The notes beneath the pieces are model-generated. The model was given only the letters and a program-made list of their open reading frames with translations. It was not told where the DNA came from and made no database searches. Below are positions 1 to 14,685 of a DNA stretch of 64,000 nt, in pieces. The first letter of the stretch is position 1. The number at the start of each line of letters is the position of its first letter. The stretch is from the human T2T-CHM13v2.0 reference genome, Homo sapiens. The translations under genes were made by a program, and so were the position numbers. The stretch lies in assembly GCF_009914755.1 (NCBI RefSeq), contig NC_060925.1, one strand, 5' to 3'.

Positions 1-689
1 AGTGACATTTTCAAGTGATGTTAGATAGCTAAGTATGACTATTTTCAATGTTGTTCCTATGAGAATTGTCTTCCTCCCAATTATGCTTTGGGTCAAAATA
101 CACAGAATTTTAAGTGTATGGATATGTGTAACCTTTCTGCACACCAAACTCAGTTTCAACAGTTTTACTGCTGGAGAGGGAAAGGCTGAGCCAATCACAC
201 CACCTGGTTCATTATGAGGCTATTTCAGTAGACGAAGTATTATGTAAAATAAATTCTCCATATGGTTCATTTTGGCATGCTAGAATTCTACATTGAAAGT
301 TTGTAAGATAGAATGTTAAACTGTTTTTCTACTATGGTACCTATATCGTCATTGGAGATCCAAAGAGGAAAAAGAAGTAATTGGATTTAAGGAAGGATTT
401 AGGTACCCCCTAGGTTTGCTGAACATTATCATGATGCCAGCTGGAATTGGGAGACAGACATTAATCACATTTTAACAAAATAATCATTCTTATCCAAGGC
501 ACTATCACTCTGGGCTATTCTTACTCAAATTATGATATATCTAATTCTTTGTAAAAGTAAGAATTTAATGAATTGTCAAGCCTACTTGACATCTTTAACC
601 TTTCTTGCTTTTTTGTGGACAAAACTTTAGCGTTTTAAACACCCTCATAAACACCATATTCGATAACCTATTTTCAGCACTACTTGACT

Positions 690-1790
690 TCTATGTGAAA
701 TTTATACTGCTAATGCCCATCCATCTTCTACTTCTTAAAGTTTTCTTCGCCCCATGATTTCTAAGACAATTCTCACTTCTGTCTATTTTTTCTCATCTCT
801 CTGGCATTAGTGTTCAGTTCCCCTTGCTGAAGTCTTCTTCTAACTTGTTGAAGTTCAACACATTTTGGTTCCTTATTTTCACTTCTAACTATATATATTT
901 TGGAATAATCTCATTTACCCAATGGTTTCAACTATCTGAAATGTGTTGATATCTCTCAGATCAATATCTTCAGTCTTGAATGCTATACATAGTTACATCT
1001 AATTGCTTATTGCACATACCACAGGTTCCTCAAATACTATGGGTACCAAGGAGTACTTTCATGCTTTCCCTTTACCACCACCTCCAAAGTCTACTCCTAT
1101 TCTTGTATTCTTTATCTCAGTTAATGGCATCACCATCCACCATCAAGCTACAAGTCACAGAGTTATTACTTTATTCTATTTCTCAGTTTATACATTACTG
1201 GTCACCAAATTCTGTCAGTTTTACTTTATGATTTTTTCTTGCATCTGTCATATCTCAATTCAACACAATAACAGGTTTTTTTTTTTTTTATTTTTTTTAA
1301 AAAAAACCTTTACAGAATTTTCTTGGAATTTTCTCCCTTCACTGTTACCAACCTTTTTCTATACCAGTCTAAACTTTACAGTGCTACCATAGCAATCTTA
1401 CTAAAAACAAAATCTGCTGAAAATCCTCTTCTAGATATTTGATTATAAAATAAAATAAAAAGCCTCTAATGTGCCACATAAAGGCCTTTATAATATGTCC
1501 TGATCTACTGAGTTAGTCCAGTCTCATCTCTTATTATTCATTCCCACCCGTCATCATTTGTCTTTGATTCCAGGTATACCATACTTTCCACTGGACCCAC
1601 AAACATCACCTATTATTTAAAAAAATCCATACCTTTTTCAATTCTGTTTTCTTGCTGGTAATACTCCATCTACCCTCACCTTCTCTTCTTAGGAAATATC
1701 TATTTCTCTTCCAATATTCAAATATCCTTTTTGTTCTTTGACACTTTGCCAGAGTTCTACCTTCAATGGGCTAGTGAATACCTTCAACAT
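690..1790 (+). mobile_element. Degraded L2 LINE fragment
   Basis: L2-like motifs (tctcatttacccaatggtttcaactatc, tctcagttaatggcatcaccatccac, aaggcctttataatatgtcc). Confidence 0.6.
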
Positions 1791-3959
1791 TAAATATAAA
1801 TTTGGCTTTAAAAATTTTGAGTCTGTAAGTATAAGCTTATTATAAGCTTATTCATTTTATCTAGACTTACTATAATGTCAATGGAAAGCTTGATATTTTG
1901 AATAGCACTTAGTAGTTCTTCAAATGTCTGTTTTGAACATTTAGTAAAAAATAAAAACATGTAACTACAACTGGACAGATTTCCCCAAACATAATCTATA
2001 GGGAATGAAAGAAAGAGAGATGGTATCTTTTGCATCTATTTGGTTTTTGACTGTCTTAACTCTGTGTCCATATATTATGACATGATATAATAACTAATGC
2101 TTTATTACTCCTCTATCTTCCTAATCAGATCACGAACTCCTCCAAGATAGAGAATGTCCATCCTAGGATCTCTAATAGCAGAAACAATAAAAAAAAAGTG
2201 GCTGTAGATCAAACTTTGGATAAGATAACTTGATAATATCAAAGGAGAATCATCAGAGAAAAACTCAGGAATGCTAAAGTCTCAATCTTTCTTTTAGTTC
2301 CACAAGACCTCTCTTGGTATTCAATGTTCATTGAGAGGCCAAATAAAACCAATTACATAGCTATGGTTTTAAAGACATCATTTGGGAAGGGCTATGATGA
2401 GAGATACACTTTTTGACTTTTGGAGTCAGTCTCATATCTATATGGCTTAATCCCAATGTGTGGGGATTTTGTGATTGTTTGACATTTTGTCCTTTTCTTC
2501 CCCTTCTTTCATTAGCCAAAAACTCTACAAGTCAATTTATATTTTACTTACTTTTTAATTATCCACCTTTAGCTCACTATCCCTAAACCAATTTGTGCTG
2601 CTGGTGTTTTGGATTAGGATGGGATGGCAAAAATGGGAAAAAGCTGGAAAGACAAAAGATATTTGGAAGGCAAAATCAAGAGAAATGGAAAGGGACACAA
2701 CACAATTTTCAGTTAAAACATCACCTAAAAATCTAAATGTTGCTAATTTCATAGCCAAATGTGACTGAAATAATAATGTGCATGATTGGTTATTGCACAG
2801 GAATTAAATAACTGCTAAGTTACATGTGCTTTCTTTTTCTTCCTTGAAATTTAAGAAAATTATAAAGACTAGATGTTACATAAGTGAGGTCTCTCTGGGA
2901 AGAGGCTGAATAATTAGGAAGTAAGAGAGTAACAGTGTGGCTTCTTAAAAGGTTAGAGACTATTAAAATTGACAAATAACCAATTCCAAGCATCAGATAT
3001 CTAGCAATAATAAGGAAGTGAGAATGGAAATTAGAGAAACTGTAGACAATACTTTCTTCCTAAGTGGATTTAATTCTGAAAATATCCCAAGGGATAGGGA
3101 GGGTGATAACATAATGCCTGCATTTAACTGACAATCAGAGCAAAATGTGAGTGCACAGCAGAAAGAGGTGCAGCAACTGTGGATTGTGCTATGATTTATG
3201 TGGCTAAATGAATGAGCTGTAGAGTTGCTACTGCATTCTGAAGACATTGGCAAGTGAATGGCTTATATCACCTATTCTGTCTCTAATTACTGAGCCTGTA
3301 ATAGCTAACCCAATTTCCCTGAAACATTGAAACTTTTAAAGGCATAGCAGGAAAAAAGCCACATTATATGCTTTACTCAGTACTGAAGTTTTGAATTACA
3401 TATTAATTGTGTCCACTGTTTTTATTAGCTTGAAAGTTTTTATTAAATTTCACATTTAAAAATCTTTGCAATATTAGAATCTTACAGATTCTTCATTATT
3501 TAGCCCATCATACCTTTTCAACTAAGTCATTTCAGTTGTTCTTTTCTACACTGTGAGGCAGTAGGTATGACTGATGTTATTGATCCTGTTCTACTAGGAG
3601 AAAATAGGCTCAGAAATGTCTAATGCTATTCCCAATTCATATAATTTATTAGTGTTGAAGTCAACATTATTCCACTATTTGAGAGTTCTGTCTACAATAC
3701 CACATTGTAGATTTGGGGACTAGCAGAGCATACAGATTAGCTGCATCGTAAGTTTCTTCAGAATATGCATGCTTTTTATCATCTTAATTTTAGAATGTAG
3801 AGGTGTTTGTGATCTCCAATCAGGCGATGAAAAGCAGATTTGGAGAAGACACAAGAATAATTTCCTGTATAAAATGTATGAACATGAGAGTGGATTCTTG
3901 AGTTAAAGTGATTTTTTTTTCCTCTCAAATAGAGTGGGTATAGTCTCTTAAATGACTTT

Positions 3960-4266
3960 ATTTTTAAAAGTTTATTTATTTTCAGTAGACAAATGAAACT
4001 TGTATGTTCTTATGGTATACAAAGTGATATTATATATATATATATATGATTAATGTAATTGGCATATCTGTTACCTCACATACTTATATTTTGTGGTGAA
4101 AACATTTAAAATCTAGTTTCTTAGCAATTTTCAAGTATACATTATTAACTATAGTCACCATGCTGTACAATAGATTTGCAGAACTTATTCCTCCTAACTA
4201 AAACTTTGTACCCTTTGACCAACATCTCCCCATTCCCCGCTTCCCACCCCGGTCTTAGCCCCTGGT
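3960..4266 (-). mobile_element. L1MA-type 3' UTR fragment
   Basis: ttattaactatagtcaccatgctgtacaatagat...ccctttgaccaacatctcccc is typical antisense L1MA 3' end. Confidence 0.85.
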
Positions 4267-5194
4267 GTTAGAAAACAATTTTTAGATAAAATAGTTACAA
4301 AACTTTTGACCAGGAGGTGTTCTGGACTACCTATAAACTGCATGTGAGGCTGCAATGCATGCAGGCATATCATTTATACTGCATCCTAGTTTTCAATATT
4401 ACAGAATAATGTTTTATTGTTGAATATGTTAAAGGTGATAAAAATATAAAGCCAAACAAGATAGGTCCTAGACTTTGGAAAAATACATATTTCTAAAATG
4501 TCAACAGATTCTTCTTTCCTCTCCTCCTTTTTTATTTTTTTTTAACTTTTTTACTTTCACTTTCTAAAGCTCTGTTGAATTTGGAGGCATAAGGATGAGA
4601 AAAGACTGGCCCACAACTTGAGTGCATTGTTCACTGTGAATCTTGATAATAACAGGTATCCCTCATCAAGCACTTCTACATGACATGCACTGTGCTCGGC
4701 TTAAAAAACATCTACAACAACCTTATGCAATGGGTATTTGGATATTATCAGTTCTTAATGCAGAAAATTAGTCTTAGAGAGATCTTTAAATTTGAATTTA
4801 GATCTGTTGCCGTTGGGTTGCAATACTGAAATTAGACTTTTAAAAAGGCTGCAGGGCAAGACAGAAAGGTGACTCAATCTCCAATGAGGCTAGATAGCTG
4901 CTGAGTCAAGACCGTATAAGGCAGCATTAATCTATGTAAGTTCCTTCAAGTTCAGAATCTGTTAGTGATTGGACATGACTTAACTGCAGGTTGCTGATAT
5001 GTCAACCAAACTCACAAGAAAGTGGCATACATAATAAAAATGCAAATTTATAATTTCCCACGAGAAATATGGCAAATGGATTAAATATTTTCTTTATACT
5101 GACCCCTAATTATCAGAAAATAATCTGTGTAAGAATGCCTCATCATATAACACGAATAATACCACTGTCTGTATCCTTAAGTCTCTCTATAGAG

Positions 5195-5772
5195 GATAAA
5201 AGTGTTTCTTTTGCAACACGACACTTGCATTCTTGAAAAACCCTGTATTCTGCAAAACTATGTACTAAAAATAAAATTACGAGGCTTATGGAGGAAACGG
5301 GGCTGGGGCAAAACCTATGTAATTGTGTACCAAAAGCACTAGCAAAAACAGTGGTTGGTACCTAGAGAGATTACTTGAATAACTTGGAAAGAGAGGTCAA
5401 GATAGCTGGGGTTTGCACCATGAAATATTATAAAGGCTGAAAGCAATTGAGTGGAAATACTGACTTTTAAGCACTGGGACAATGCAGAAGACAGCAGAAC
5501 TCAGACGCATTGTGACTGCTCTTTAGATGCACTCTGCAGTGACTGCAACATGCCGGGAGCTTAGAGCAAGGCAGGGAGTGAGGAGACCTGCAGAGGGTAA
5601 TCTAGGTCAAGGGCTCATTATAATTTCACTCTCACTATTCCAGCTCCACTTGCCTAGAAGAAATTATCTATAAAACCATACAACATTTCTGTTCTACTAG
5701 CATTATTGCTGTATTTGCCAATCATATGAGCTACCTAGTGTTACAGAAGATATATTGCAACAGAGCAGTCTG
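5195..5772. mobile_element. Ancient TcMar-Tigger non-autonomous element (Tigger13a-like)
   Basis: tgcattcttgaaaaaccctgtattctgcaaaactatgtactaaaaataa...gcttatggaggaaacggggctggggca resembles a recalled consensus; subfamily uncertain. Confidence 0.45.
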
Positions 5773-8700
5773 GCTATGTTGTCCTAACAGAGTACTCTTA
5801 GCCCTGTGTAGTTCTTGGGTGAGTATTGCCAAATTGCCTTATTAATTCTCATTTTATATTTATAGATGACTGACCACTCTCTCTTTTGATTGGCACATTC
5901 TTAGGCTTTATAATATCTTCAGTCAGGGTATCTCAACCCCTCTACAGACAGAAAGGATTAGAGTTAACTAGAACTCTAGAGTTCTGCTAGTCCAACTGAG
6001 AAAAACCTCACAATAGCATCCATCGTTAACCACTCTGCTTCAATTCTTACAGAGATAGAAAGTTCACTGACTTCTAAGATGGTCCATTTATTCATCTACT
6101 TATAAAAAACACATATGATCATAATAGTTCTAACATTTTGAGTGTTTAGTACTTAAATAAGTCTTAAGCTTAAGAATAAGTTGAACAGAAAGAAAATTCT
6201 GATTTAGAGACTATGATGAGACTATTTGGATAACATATGTAAATGTTCAATGGCTCTAGGAGATGTCTTTTTAGATATGGCAATTTACCATAGGAATGCT
6301 TATCTATAGAACTGGTAAGAAAAGATAATGGGGAAAATAAAAATTTATCAGAAGTATATTTTTAGAGGATTAATGACTTTTGTAAATTTCTCAAGAAGTT
6401 AATGATAGATTGTTGCACATAAAAGCTGAAAGAGAAACTAATTTGTAATTATATATAATGTTACATTTAATTTGTAAATGGAAAATTTAAGTTCAGTAAA
6501 CAAGATGATCAAAGTCATTTGTAAATTATAGTAACATATTTAAAATAGATACTGTATTTAGTAATCTATCAAATTTTGCATTTTATATTTCATTCCTAGA
6601 ACTTATTATATACCACATTTAAAGCCTTTTTTGTTAGTGAAAAAGAGTAGAGATATTTTTTATAAAAAACTTTTTAAAAATATTTAAGTCTAGTAAATAA
6701 AATTAAGTTAGAGATAGAAAACACCTATAGAAATCCCTTTCCTAATGATACAGATCCTTGACAGACTAAAGGACTTATATAATAAAAAGTCATCAATATT
6801 GTTCTGATTTCTAATCTTGTAGTATTTCAAATCAGAGGAGATAGCGATTTACTGCAGACAGCGAGGAGAGACTATGCATTAGAAATAAGCAAATTATCAG
6901 AATAGGTCGCAAGATAACCAATATGTTTTCATGACTGAAAGATATAACTTATGAAGTTATTCAGGACACTGGACATGAAGTTTTCACAAGAGGTAAGTTA
7001 CACAGAGCTAGTATGTTAAAAAAATCGAAAGAAAGAAAACCATATAGCAATGTGTACCTTGAAGGGTACAGAGAGTTCTGAGAAGATCTCAGGGTTCAGC
7101 TACTTAGCTTCCTTTCCTCTCTTCTAGCTATCTTTTCTACCACCCACAACAGTTTCCTTTTCATCTGTTAACACTTCTGTCAACATTTTTCATTTTATTC
7201 ACCAAAATCTTCAAATTACTCAATTTTTTTAAGAACAATTTCCGCTTGCCGTGTAATAGGTGTAGAGGTGTTTAGTGAAGCTAAATTAAAAGTTTACTGT
7301 TAGTCACTGCTCATTAGTTATCAGCACCTTTTTCTTTTTGGGAGTTCAGTGTTGTAAAAAGAAGGGGTGATGGATAGAACTGTAGGGATTATAAACTTCG
7401 TGGAGTTCTGCAATTCAATGCAATAAACCTGTATGGAGTGTTGCCTGAATATTATACATCCCACCACCTTCAATCTGGAGTACCTAGCAAAACTCCTTCC
7501 TTCTAGTGGGGATGTTGATGAGATTAATTAATGTAAGTTATAGTAAAGTGGGCTTTTTGTTCCTTTTCCTTTATAAAATACAGAAACACCAAATAAAAGA
7601 AAAAAATCACCTATGATATTTTTTATAGAATTGAGCTTTATTCTCTAACTGGATTGTTGAGTACAAATGATGCATGGATTATGACCAAATGCAACTTTCT
7701 TTTTGATTTTTATTGATCCTTGATAATGTATCCAATGGGGTGAGTTTCTCTGGCTCCCAGTGAAAACTCTAGGAGGTTCCATGGCTTTTTACATTTTGAT
7801 CAAACTAACAGCTTTAAAATTACTTCAAAAAACAAACATAGTCTTGATTAAGAAATTATCTTGTCCCTTATAATAATCAAAGAACAGAAAATATTCTGTG
7901 TTAAATATTCTTCCTCTTTCATCTCAGTCTGGCTTCAAACTGAAAAACCTGGAGCATTACTTGTAGTTTTCTTTATCATTTCAACCTGTTTGTCTCTGCT
8001 TTTCCTTAATAGTTAACTCACTGCCAAAGTTGATGGTCCAGGGTGGTGTATAGAGAGGAGCAGACGTGGAAAAGCCAGTTCTTACTTGCTTGAATATTAT
8101 TATGTTCATTGGGCTGCTAGTTAAATTTGGCAACCCTATGTGGTGTTCAGTTAATTGAAGCTAACCATTTCATTGTGTAACTTTTCGGGATTTTCACGAA
8201 TTCCCTAGTGGGCTCTCTTTCCTACAGTTCAGTTGATACTAGTAGATGCACCATGTGCAGAATGGAGCTCCTTTCTCGCACTGGACACCTGGCACCACAC
8301 CTTCAGATTCATTCTGCTGGGGTCTCTTCAATGCTTCTGGGTCGCCCTATTGGGCAGGACTCAGAGCCCTCGTTATGCATTACTCCCCCATTGCCACCCA
8401 TGGTGTGTGGGAAATTCTTACTTATTTCTTTTCCTGACAAACTCGAGGAGTACAGGCACCTCCATGATCACTCTCCTTGTTCTGCTTCCAAAGCAGAAAA
8501 TCAGCTTTTCCCTTGACCTCTAAATTCTTTTCAGGTGGGAGGGTAACCCCTGACTGCAGTAAACTTTGACTGGGTCCAGTATAAGTTTTATGTGTCTAAT
8601 TGCAGAAAATCCACTTCAAAGTTCTGCAAATGGTTCTTTTGAAGCCCTCTTCACTAAGATTTGTATCAGAAGGTAGCACCACAGGCATCTGGGGTGAGGA

Positions 8701-9079
8701 GGCTGAGACTTACAGAGACTTACAGCGACTTACAGCCTGGCTTGACTCTTTTAGGAGAAATGTCTCCATCATTTTTGTTTCTTTCTCTTTAAAAAAAAAA
8801 TCTCTCAGACCACTTGTCTTTGAGTTTAATGAGAGATCCAAGAGATGCAAACAAGTTTCATTTCACCTCTTTGTGAATTCCTTTCTATCCTTTTTATATC
8901 ATTGGTTTTGATAAGGAGACCAAAAGAGCTGGGGGGACATTTACATTCAACCCTTTAATAAATTCCTCATATGGGACTGGAAATCTACCCCATTATCTGT
9001 TCAAAGTGAGGAAAAGAAGAGTTTCATTTTAGGTTTTGTTTTTTTTTCTTTTACACTGTCAACATAACAGTTATTAAAT

Positions 9080-9225
9080 GTATTGTAAATACTGATTTAC
9101 AAATGAGTCTTTTCCACCAAAGATAACCATGTGCTAGAAGGCATGGACTCTCCTTATTCATGTTAATATCACAGTAACTAGTGCAGTGCCTGGGGCATAT
9201 GGATATTCAACAAATAGTAGTGAAA
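9080..9225 (+). mobile_element. L2 3' end
   Basis: cagtgcctggggcatatggatattcaacaaatagtagtgaa. Confidence 0.6.
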
Positions 9226-11343
9226 ATAAACTTTATGCTTATATTGCACAGCTTTCACTTTCATTGATATGTCTGATCATTGATTTTCTTCTCAGTTCAG
9301 TTAACACTGAGCAAAGCTTTATAGAAGAGATTCCTAAATTAGTCTTGAAGCAGATTGTAGGTGGTGATGGTGGTTGTATATGTATGTGGAAGAAAGTTTA
9401 AGGGAAGCATGGCCAAGAGAACAGCAAGTACTAAAACATGGGGGTGGGAGGAAAAGCATGTTGGGAAACGTTGAATATTGCTGGAGTGTATGGTAGAATG
9501 AAAAAGGCAAGAAATGAGATTAGAAAACAGCATACGGGTTTTATATACCACAACAAAGGGTTTGCAGTTTATCTTTTGGATAATGGGATTTTGAAGAATT
9601 TTCAGTGGAAAATACATTAATTGAGAATAGAATATGTTTTTGCAAATTTATAAGAGACAGACTGAGAGTAAAAAATTCAATTGAAAGTGCAGTGTGTTTT
9701 AAAATATTCAGCAATAAAGCCTCGTGTTTCTGTTGATTAGCTATGTAGGACTTTAAATGGATCTTCACCATTATCAAGCAGTTTTTACTTTCTAAACTTT
9801 ATTTTTAGGGAAAAAAAAGAAATTATTGTTTAAACTATCAAAGTTATTGCTATTTTCACCTCACAATCATGAAGAAAGGGACCTGGGAATTTTGTTCTTC
9901 ACTCCTTGCAAGTAGATTCTTTCAACAAGTGTTCATTTAATTCTGAGTTAAAGAAAGTAAAACTCCATACAAGAATATCAGCATGAAAGTATACAGGAGA
10001 AATCCATTTTTATTTTAAACAAGTTGGTACAAACCAAGGGAAGAAAGTAGAAACTGGGTTAGATGAAAGGCAGTGCTTCAAGGGAACTGGCATTTTGCCA
10101 TAACCTCTCTCATTTATTTGAGGGTATGTCCTGTCATGTGGGTAAAGTATAAAGAAGCATTTCTGTGACAGCAAATTAGTCAGTATAAGAAACTCAAGTC
10201 TATGTTCTGGCTTAAAGAGGGAAGATCATTCAAACCTCTTTAAACTGTGATGAAGTTTAAAAGCAAAGAAAATAGCACTGACAGCAACTCTTTTAGGAGA
10301 GAGCAACATTGTTTAAAGGGTACTAAAGGACCCCAGGAAAATACAGAAGGAGCCACTGGAATTTCCTCAGTAACAGTGCTTTTGTTATTTTTGGCAAAAA
10401 TTAACTTCAAATAACCTGAATAAATGCACAATAGTATATAAACCCCCAGGCTAACGGGAACTAACCTTCAGGGCAGAAAATAATCAAAAGAAGAATAAAA
10501 TGTTGTAGAATTAAAATGCGGGCTGCAGAATAGGACAAAGATTTCGAAGGAAGGAAAAAAATGTGATATTTCTGGAGAATTAGCTATTAAGTCATGCACA
10601 TTTATTGTAGCCAGACTTGGCAGTACAACTGCTGGTAAAAGAATGTCAGAGGTTTCAATATAAAACTCCTATTAGAAGCAGTTATTGTGTAAAATTAGCT
10701 ATCCAGATCTTTGAACATCCCACACCATCTGGCAGAAACGTACAAGCCCAGATGTCCTATGTCTTTATGTAGAGTTTAGAGTCACTGGGTATCAAACCAA
10801 GAACCATAAATATCTCATTCCAGGGAAAAGCTAAGATATTGTTCATAGGTTCAATTTACTCTACTTTGTCATTAGTTCAAATAACACAACACATTTATTT
10901 ATAGTACCCATTCTACTATAACCAAATAAAGAGGTTATATATTTTCTGAATATATTCTGAAGAGGCATATATTTTATGTACTGAAGAGTCATATATTTTC
11001 AATTTGCACCTCCAGATCCATTCTTCACCCTTCACCTCCTGCAATGTGTTTGCAGGGAAAGGGGCTGATCATTGCCTTTTGGTTATATTTGGTAAATGGG
11101 AGATACTGGTAGAACATCAAAGACAGGAGGAAAATGAAGTCCATATATTTATTCCCTTCATTCTCTGCCTTTGCCCAAAGTCCTAGTTTATTTCGCATGA
11201 GCCTTTCCAAGGTGTGTATGCCTCTCCAGTTTAGATAGCTAACTCCTCTTCTTTCATTAGGCTTGGGATAGCAGTTGTTCTCTTCTGCTATTAGCCCCAT
11301 GGTACTGTAACATTTCTTGTTGATTTTCTTTAACCTTCTCATA

Positions 11344-11512
11344 TGTTTTTTATTTTTCTTTTTTATTTTTATTTATTACTTTATTCATTTTTGAGCCAGG
11401 GTCTTGCCCTGCTGAAGTGAAGTGGTGCAATCATAGCTCACTGCAGCTTTGGTCTCCCAGGCTCAAGGTATCCTTGTGTCTCAGCCTCCTGAGTAGCTGG
11501 CACCACACCTGG

Positions 11513-11570
<58 letters not shown>

Positions 11571-11686
11571 ACAGATAAGGTCTTACTGTGTTGCTCAGGC
11601 TGGTCTCAAATTCCTGCACTCAAGAGAGCCACTTGCCTTGGCCTCCCAAAGAGCTGGGATTACAGGCGTGAGCCACTGTGTCGGGT
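11344..11686 (-). mobile_element. AluJ-like element with TSD ccttctcata
   Basis: Antisense Alu arms; ccttctcata at 11334-11343 and 11687-11696. Confidence 0.92.
11521..11568. repeat. (TG)24 microsatellite in the Alu middle linker
   Basis: Direct count of 24 uninterrupted TG units. Confidence 0.97.
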
Positions 11687-12577
11687 CCTTCTCATACTTT
11701 GGTAAATGAATCCTTTATTAAAGTTCTTTGTTGGAATTTGCCATTTGTTCCCTTCCAGCGCACTGATTGATAAGTATCCACTTACTAAAATGTAAATGGC
11801 TTAGCTTGTGGGAAAATGTTTTCATGTTATGTGCTGATCTAGTGTTAGGAAAATGTACGAGATGACAGAAAACCAATCAGTTAGAGCTAGGGAAGAGAAA
11901 GTAAGCCCTAACATTCTATTTGACACTTACCAAAGCATCTGGAGGTCTTTACTGAGATCCAGGCTTGGCGTTCTCCTTTTCTAGTTAATACACTGATATG
12001 GTCTTTCTGAATTTTGAAGGATCTATGTGTATTTAAAATACTTTTCCTTTTTTATTGTTAGCAGTTTGGGTTTGATATATTTCTTATATCTGAGAGTTGG
12101 ATAAAATTCAGATATAAAAAAATAAGTACAATGTAAGCTTCCCGAAGGGAAATATTCTGAATATCTACTATAGAAATTAGGGCAAATGTGGTTGTTTCAT
12201 TAGCATTTTATTTCTCTACTTCTCTGATTGTTTCTTTTGTCATGTTTGCTCATTAACCTCCACCAGTTGCTATTCATATTAAACTTCCTCCAGGCTGTAT
12301 ATTGACCTTCACCTTTTTATCTTTTATACTACCTATCTCTTTTAGGATCTAATACACACCAGGATTTCAATATACTATATCTATATTTAAATCACTCAGT
12401 AATTTGGGCTTCTTGTTTATATTTCTGAGTTGTAGTCCAACTGCGTACTCATGTCTACCCTTAAATGTCTTCCCTATTCAAAACTCTGACAATTTCTCAT
12501 TTCATTTTGGCCAAAAAACAAAAAAAAACCAAATACCATGACCCCTGTGGCTATAAGTGATTTGCCTTCAACTTTAC

Positions 12578-12930
12578 TGTGTTGGAATGCAGTCTAAGCT
12601 GCTGTAGCAAAAAAAGAAAAAAAGTAACATAAAAAACAATGGCTTAAGAAAGGCAGAAGTTGATTTTTCCCTTATGTAACAGTCAAAAGATCAATTATTC
12701 AGGGCTGGTCACAAAGGGTTCTGCTAACCACTTACATAACACTTTCATTTTGGGATCCAAGGTGACTGCTCGAGGTCCTGCCTTTTTACTTCCATCCTAG
12801 TCAGTGAAAAAAAAAAAAAAAAAAAAAAAAGGAATAACTGGAAGACGAAAGGAATGAACACCAATCATTTTAAGGACATGGTCTGAAAGTGGGAAAACTT
12901 ATCAGCGGAAAAAGAAATTGGTTTGGGAAT
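12578..12930 (-). mobile_element. Old MLT1 (MaLR) LTR fragment containing an A24 tract (12807-12830)
   Basis: ctaagctgctgtagcaa...aacaatggcttaagaaaggcagaagttgatttttccctta resembles antisense MLT1J/K. Confidence 0.6.
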
Positions 12931-14364
12931 TGTGTTATACAGTCATACCATGGAGGTGCAGACCACCTCCCGACCCTGGACTGTGTTTCTTTACCCTGAC
13001 GTATCCTGAGAAACAGGAATGGTACAAACTAACTTTTTTTCCTTTAGAGGAGTTGGGGGAGGTGGTATGTGCAGGCATTCTTCAGAGTATTCTTCCGCCC
13101 CCAGCACCCACTCTCATTATTTTCCCTTTTACCACCGACTCTTGTCCTGAAAGGTTGGTTGCCTGTTATTTTTGGATCAAACATACGAAGAAAACCCTTA
13201 ACTTCTCCTTTTGGAAGTTTCAAGTTTCAGGAAGCCACCTAGCCAGTTGGTTTATTTTCTTGACCTAACAGTAGTTCCATGATGCATTGGTTTTAACAAG
13301 GCAGCTGAGGCAACAAAACGAGTGGCTTACCATTCTGCCTAGTCACCCTAAGCCTGAGTACTAGAATGAACGGCACATAACTTTGTGTGAGTCCACATAT
13401 TTTAAAAATCTCCTAATCCTATGAGTTCATAGCTTCTCTACCTACATGATGCATTTGGCACTAGTTTGAATGGTCCCATCACATCCTTTTTACAATTGCT
13501 CTCCTCATCCAGAAGAAAACTTCACACCATAAAGAATTATGTTGCAAGAGATTTCCAAGTCAGAGAAGATAGCTTTCACAGAAATCATTTTCCAAAGTGA
13601 GCTTAGGTTTTCCAATTAACCCACAGAATCATGTTTAGTCCATAGTGTAGATGATGTGTAGCACTATTTTCAATTCTGGATCTTAGGAATGGGGTATCAT
13701 CTAGTAAAGGAAACTTAAATGAAAAAGAACTTCCTCTCTTTTTGTTCTGAAAAAAAAAAAAAAAAAAAGGCATTAGTACCCCTTCCTCATGTATCCCACA
13801 AGTATTCCATTATACCCTTGCCTTTTCAAGGCCACTTATATGGAAAAGGCAAAAGAAAACCAACTTCTATTCCACTACTGTGTTTTCTCATTACCTTCAA
13901 ATTAGCTACTCACACTATATAAAATTGTCCCTGTCTCTCAATGACTTCAGTCTGAGAGGAAGAATGTTATACGATTTAACAAATTCCACTAATATGTGAA
14001 CAAAAAGCAACAGCTCCTTAACATTCTCAGAAATCACTGGAGTTTTTAAAGAATGATGATTTTATTGTGAATTTTTTGATTCATAGAATTTTAGGAAAGA
14101 TAACAAGGAAGTCAAGTGAAATCAGGAAGCGCAGAGATTAAAAATGGGAACATTCCTGCTTGAGATAGCTCCATAGAGCCTTTCCTGCCTTTTTCTTCCT
14201 TCTCCTATCTCTACTTCAATGTTTACAGATTCTGTGAGATTTTCAGTTGCTTTCCTGGTGATGACATTAGTGACCCAGAGTGAACAGCCTTTGCATGGCA
14301 GGGCTATTTGTCTTATTATTTTACTTAGCTGGATTACAAACTAACTAAACCATGTCTTACATGT

Positions 14365-14685
14365 ATTTTTACTTTTATTTTTGAGACAAGGTCTCCCTCT
14401 GTCACCCAGGCTGGAATGCAATGGCACAATCAGAGCTCACTGCAGCCTTGACGCCCTCCAGGCTCAAGCGATCCTCCTGCCTTAGCCCCTGAGTAGCTGG
14501 GGCTACAGGCATGCAACACCACGCCTGGCTATTTTTTTTTTTTTTTTGGTATTTTTGTATTTTTAGTAGAGGCAAGGTTTTGCCATGTTGCTCAGGCTGG
14601 TCTTGAACTCGTGGACTCAAGTGATCTGCCCACCTCAGCCTCCCAAGAGTGCTGGAATTACAGGTGTAAGCCACCATGCCTGGAC
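14365..14685 (-). mobile_element. AluJ-like element
   Basis: Full dimeric antisense Alu. Confidence 0.95.

Larger units (their letters stand above)
10990..11775 (+). mobile_element. LTR33-like (ERVL) solo LTR, interrupted by an Alu
   Basis: Start ttttcaatttgcacctccagatccattcttcaccc; end tttgccatttgttcccttccagcgcactgattgata. Confidence 0.7.

Noticed and set aside
11520-11709. (CV)n ORFs and other Alu-derived ORFs in the track
   Set aside because: Translations of the (TG)n repeat and antisense Alu sequence.
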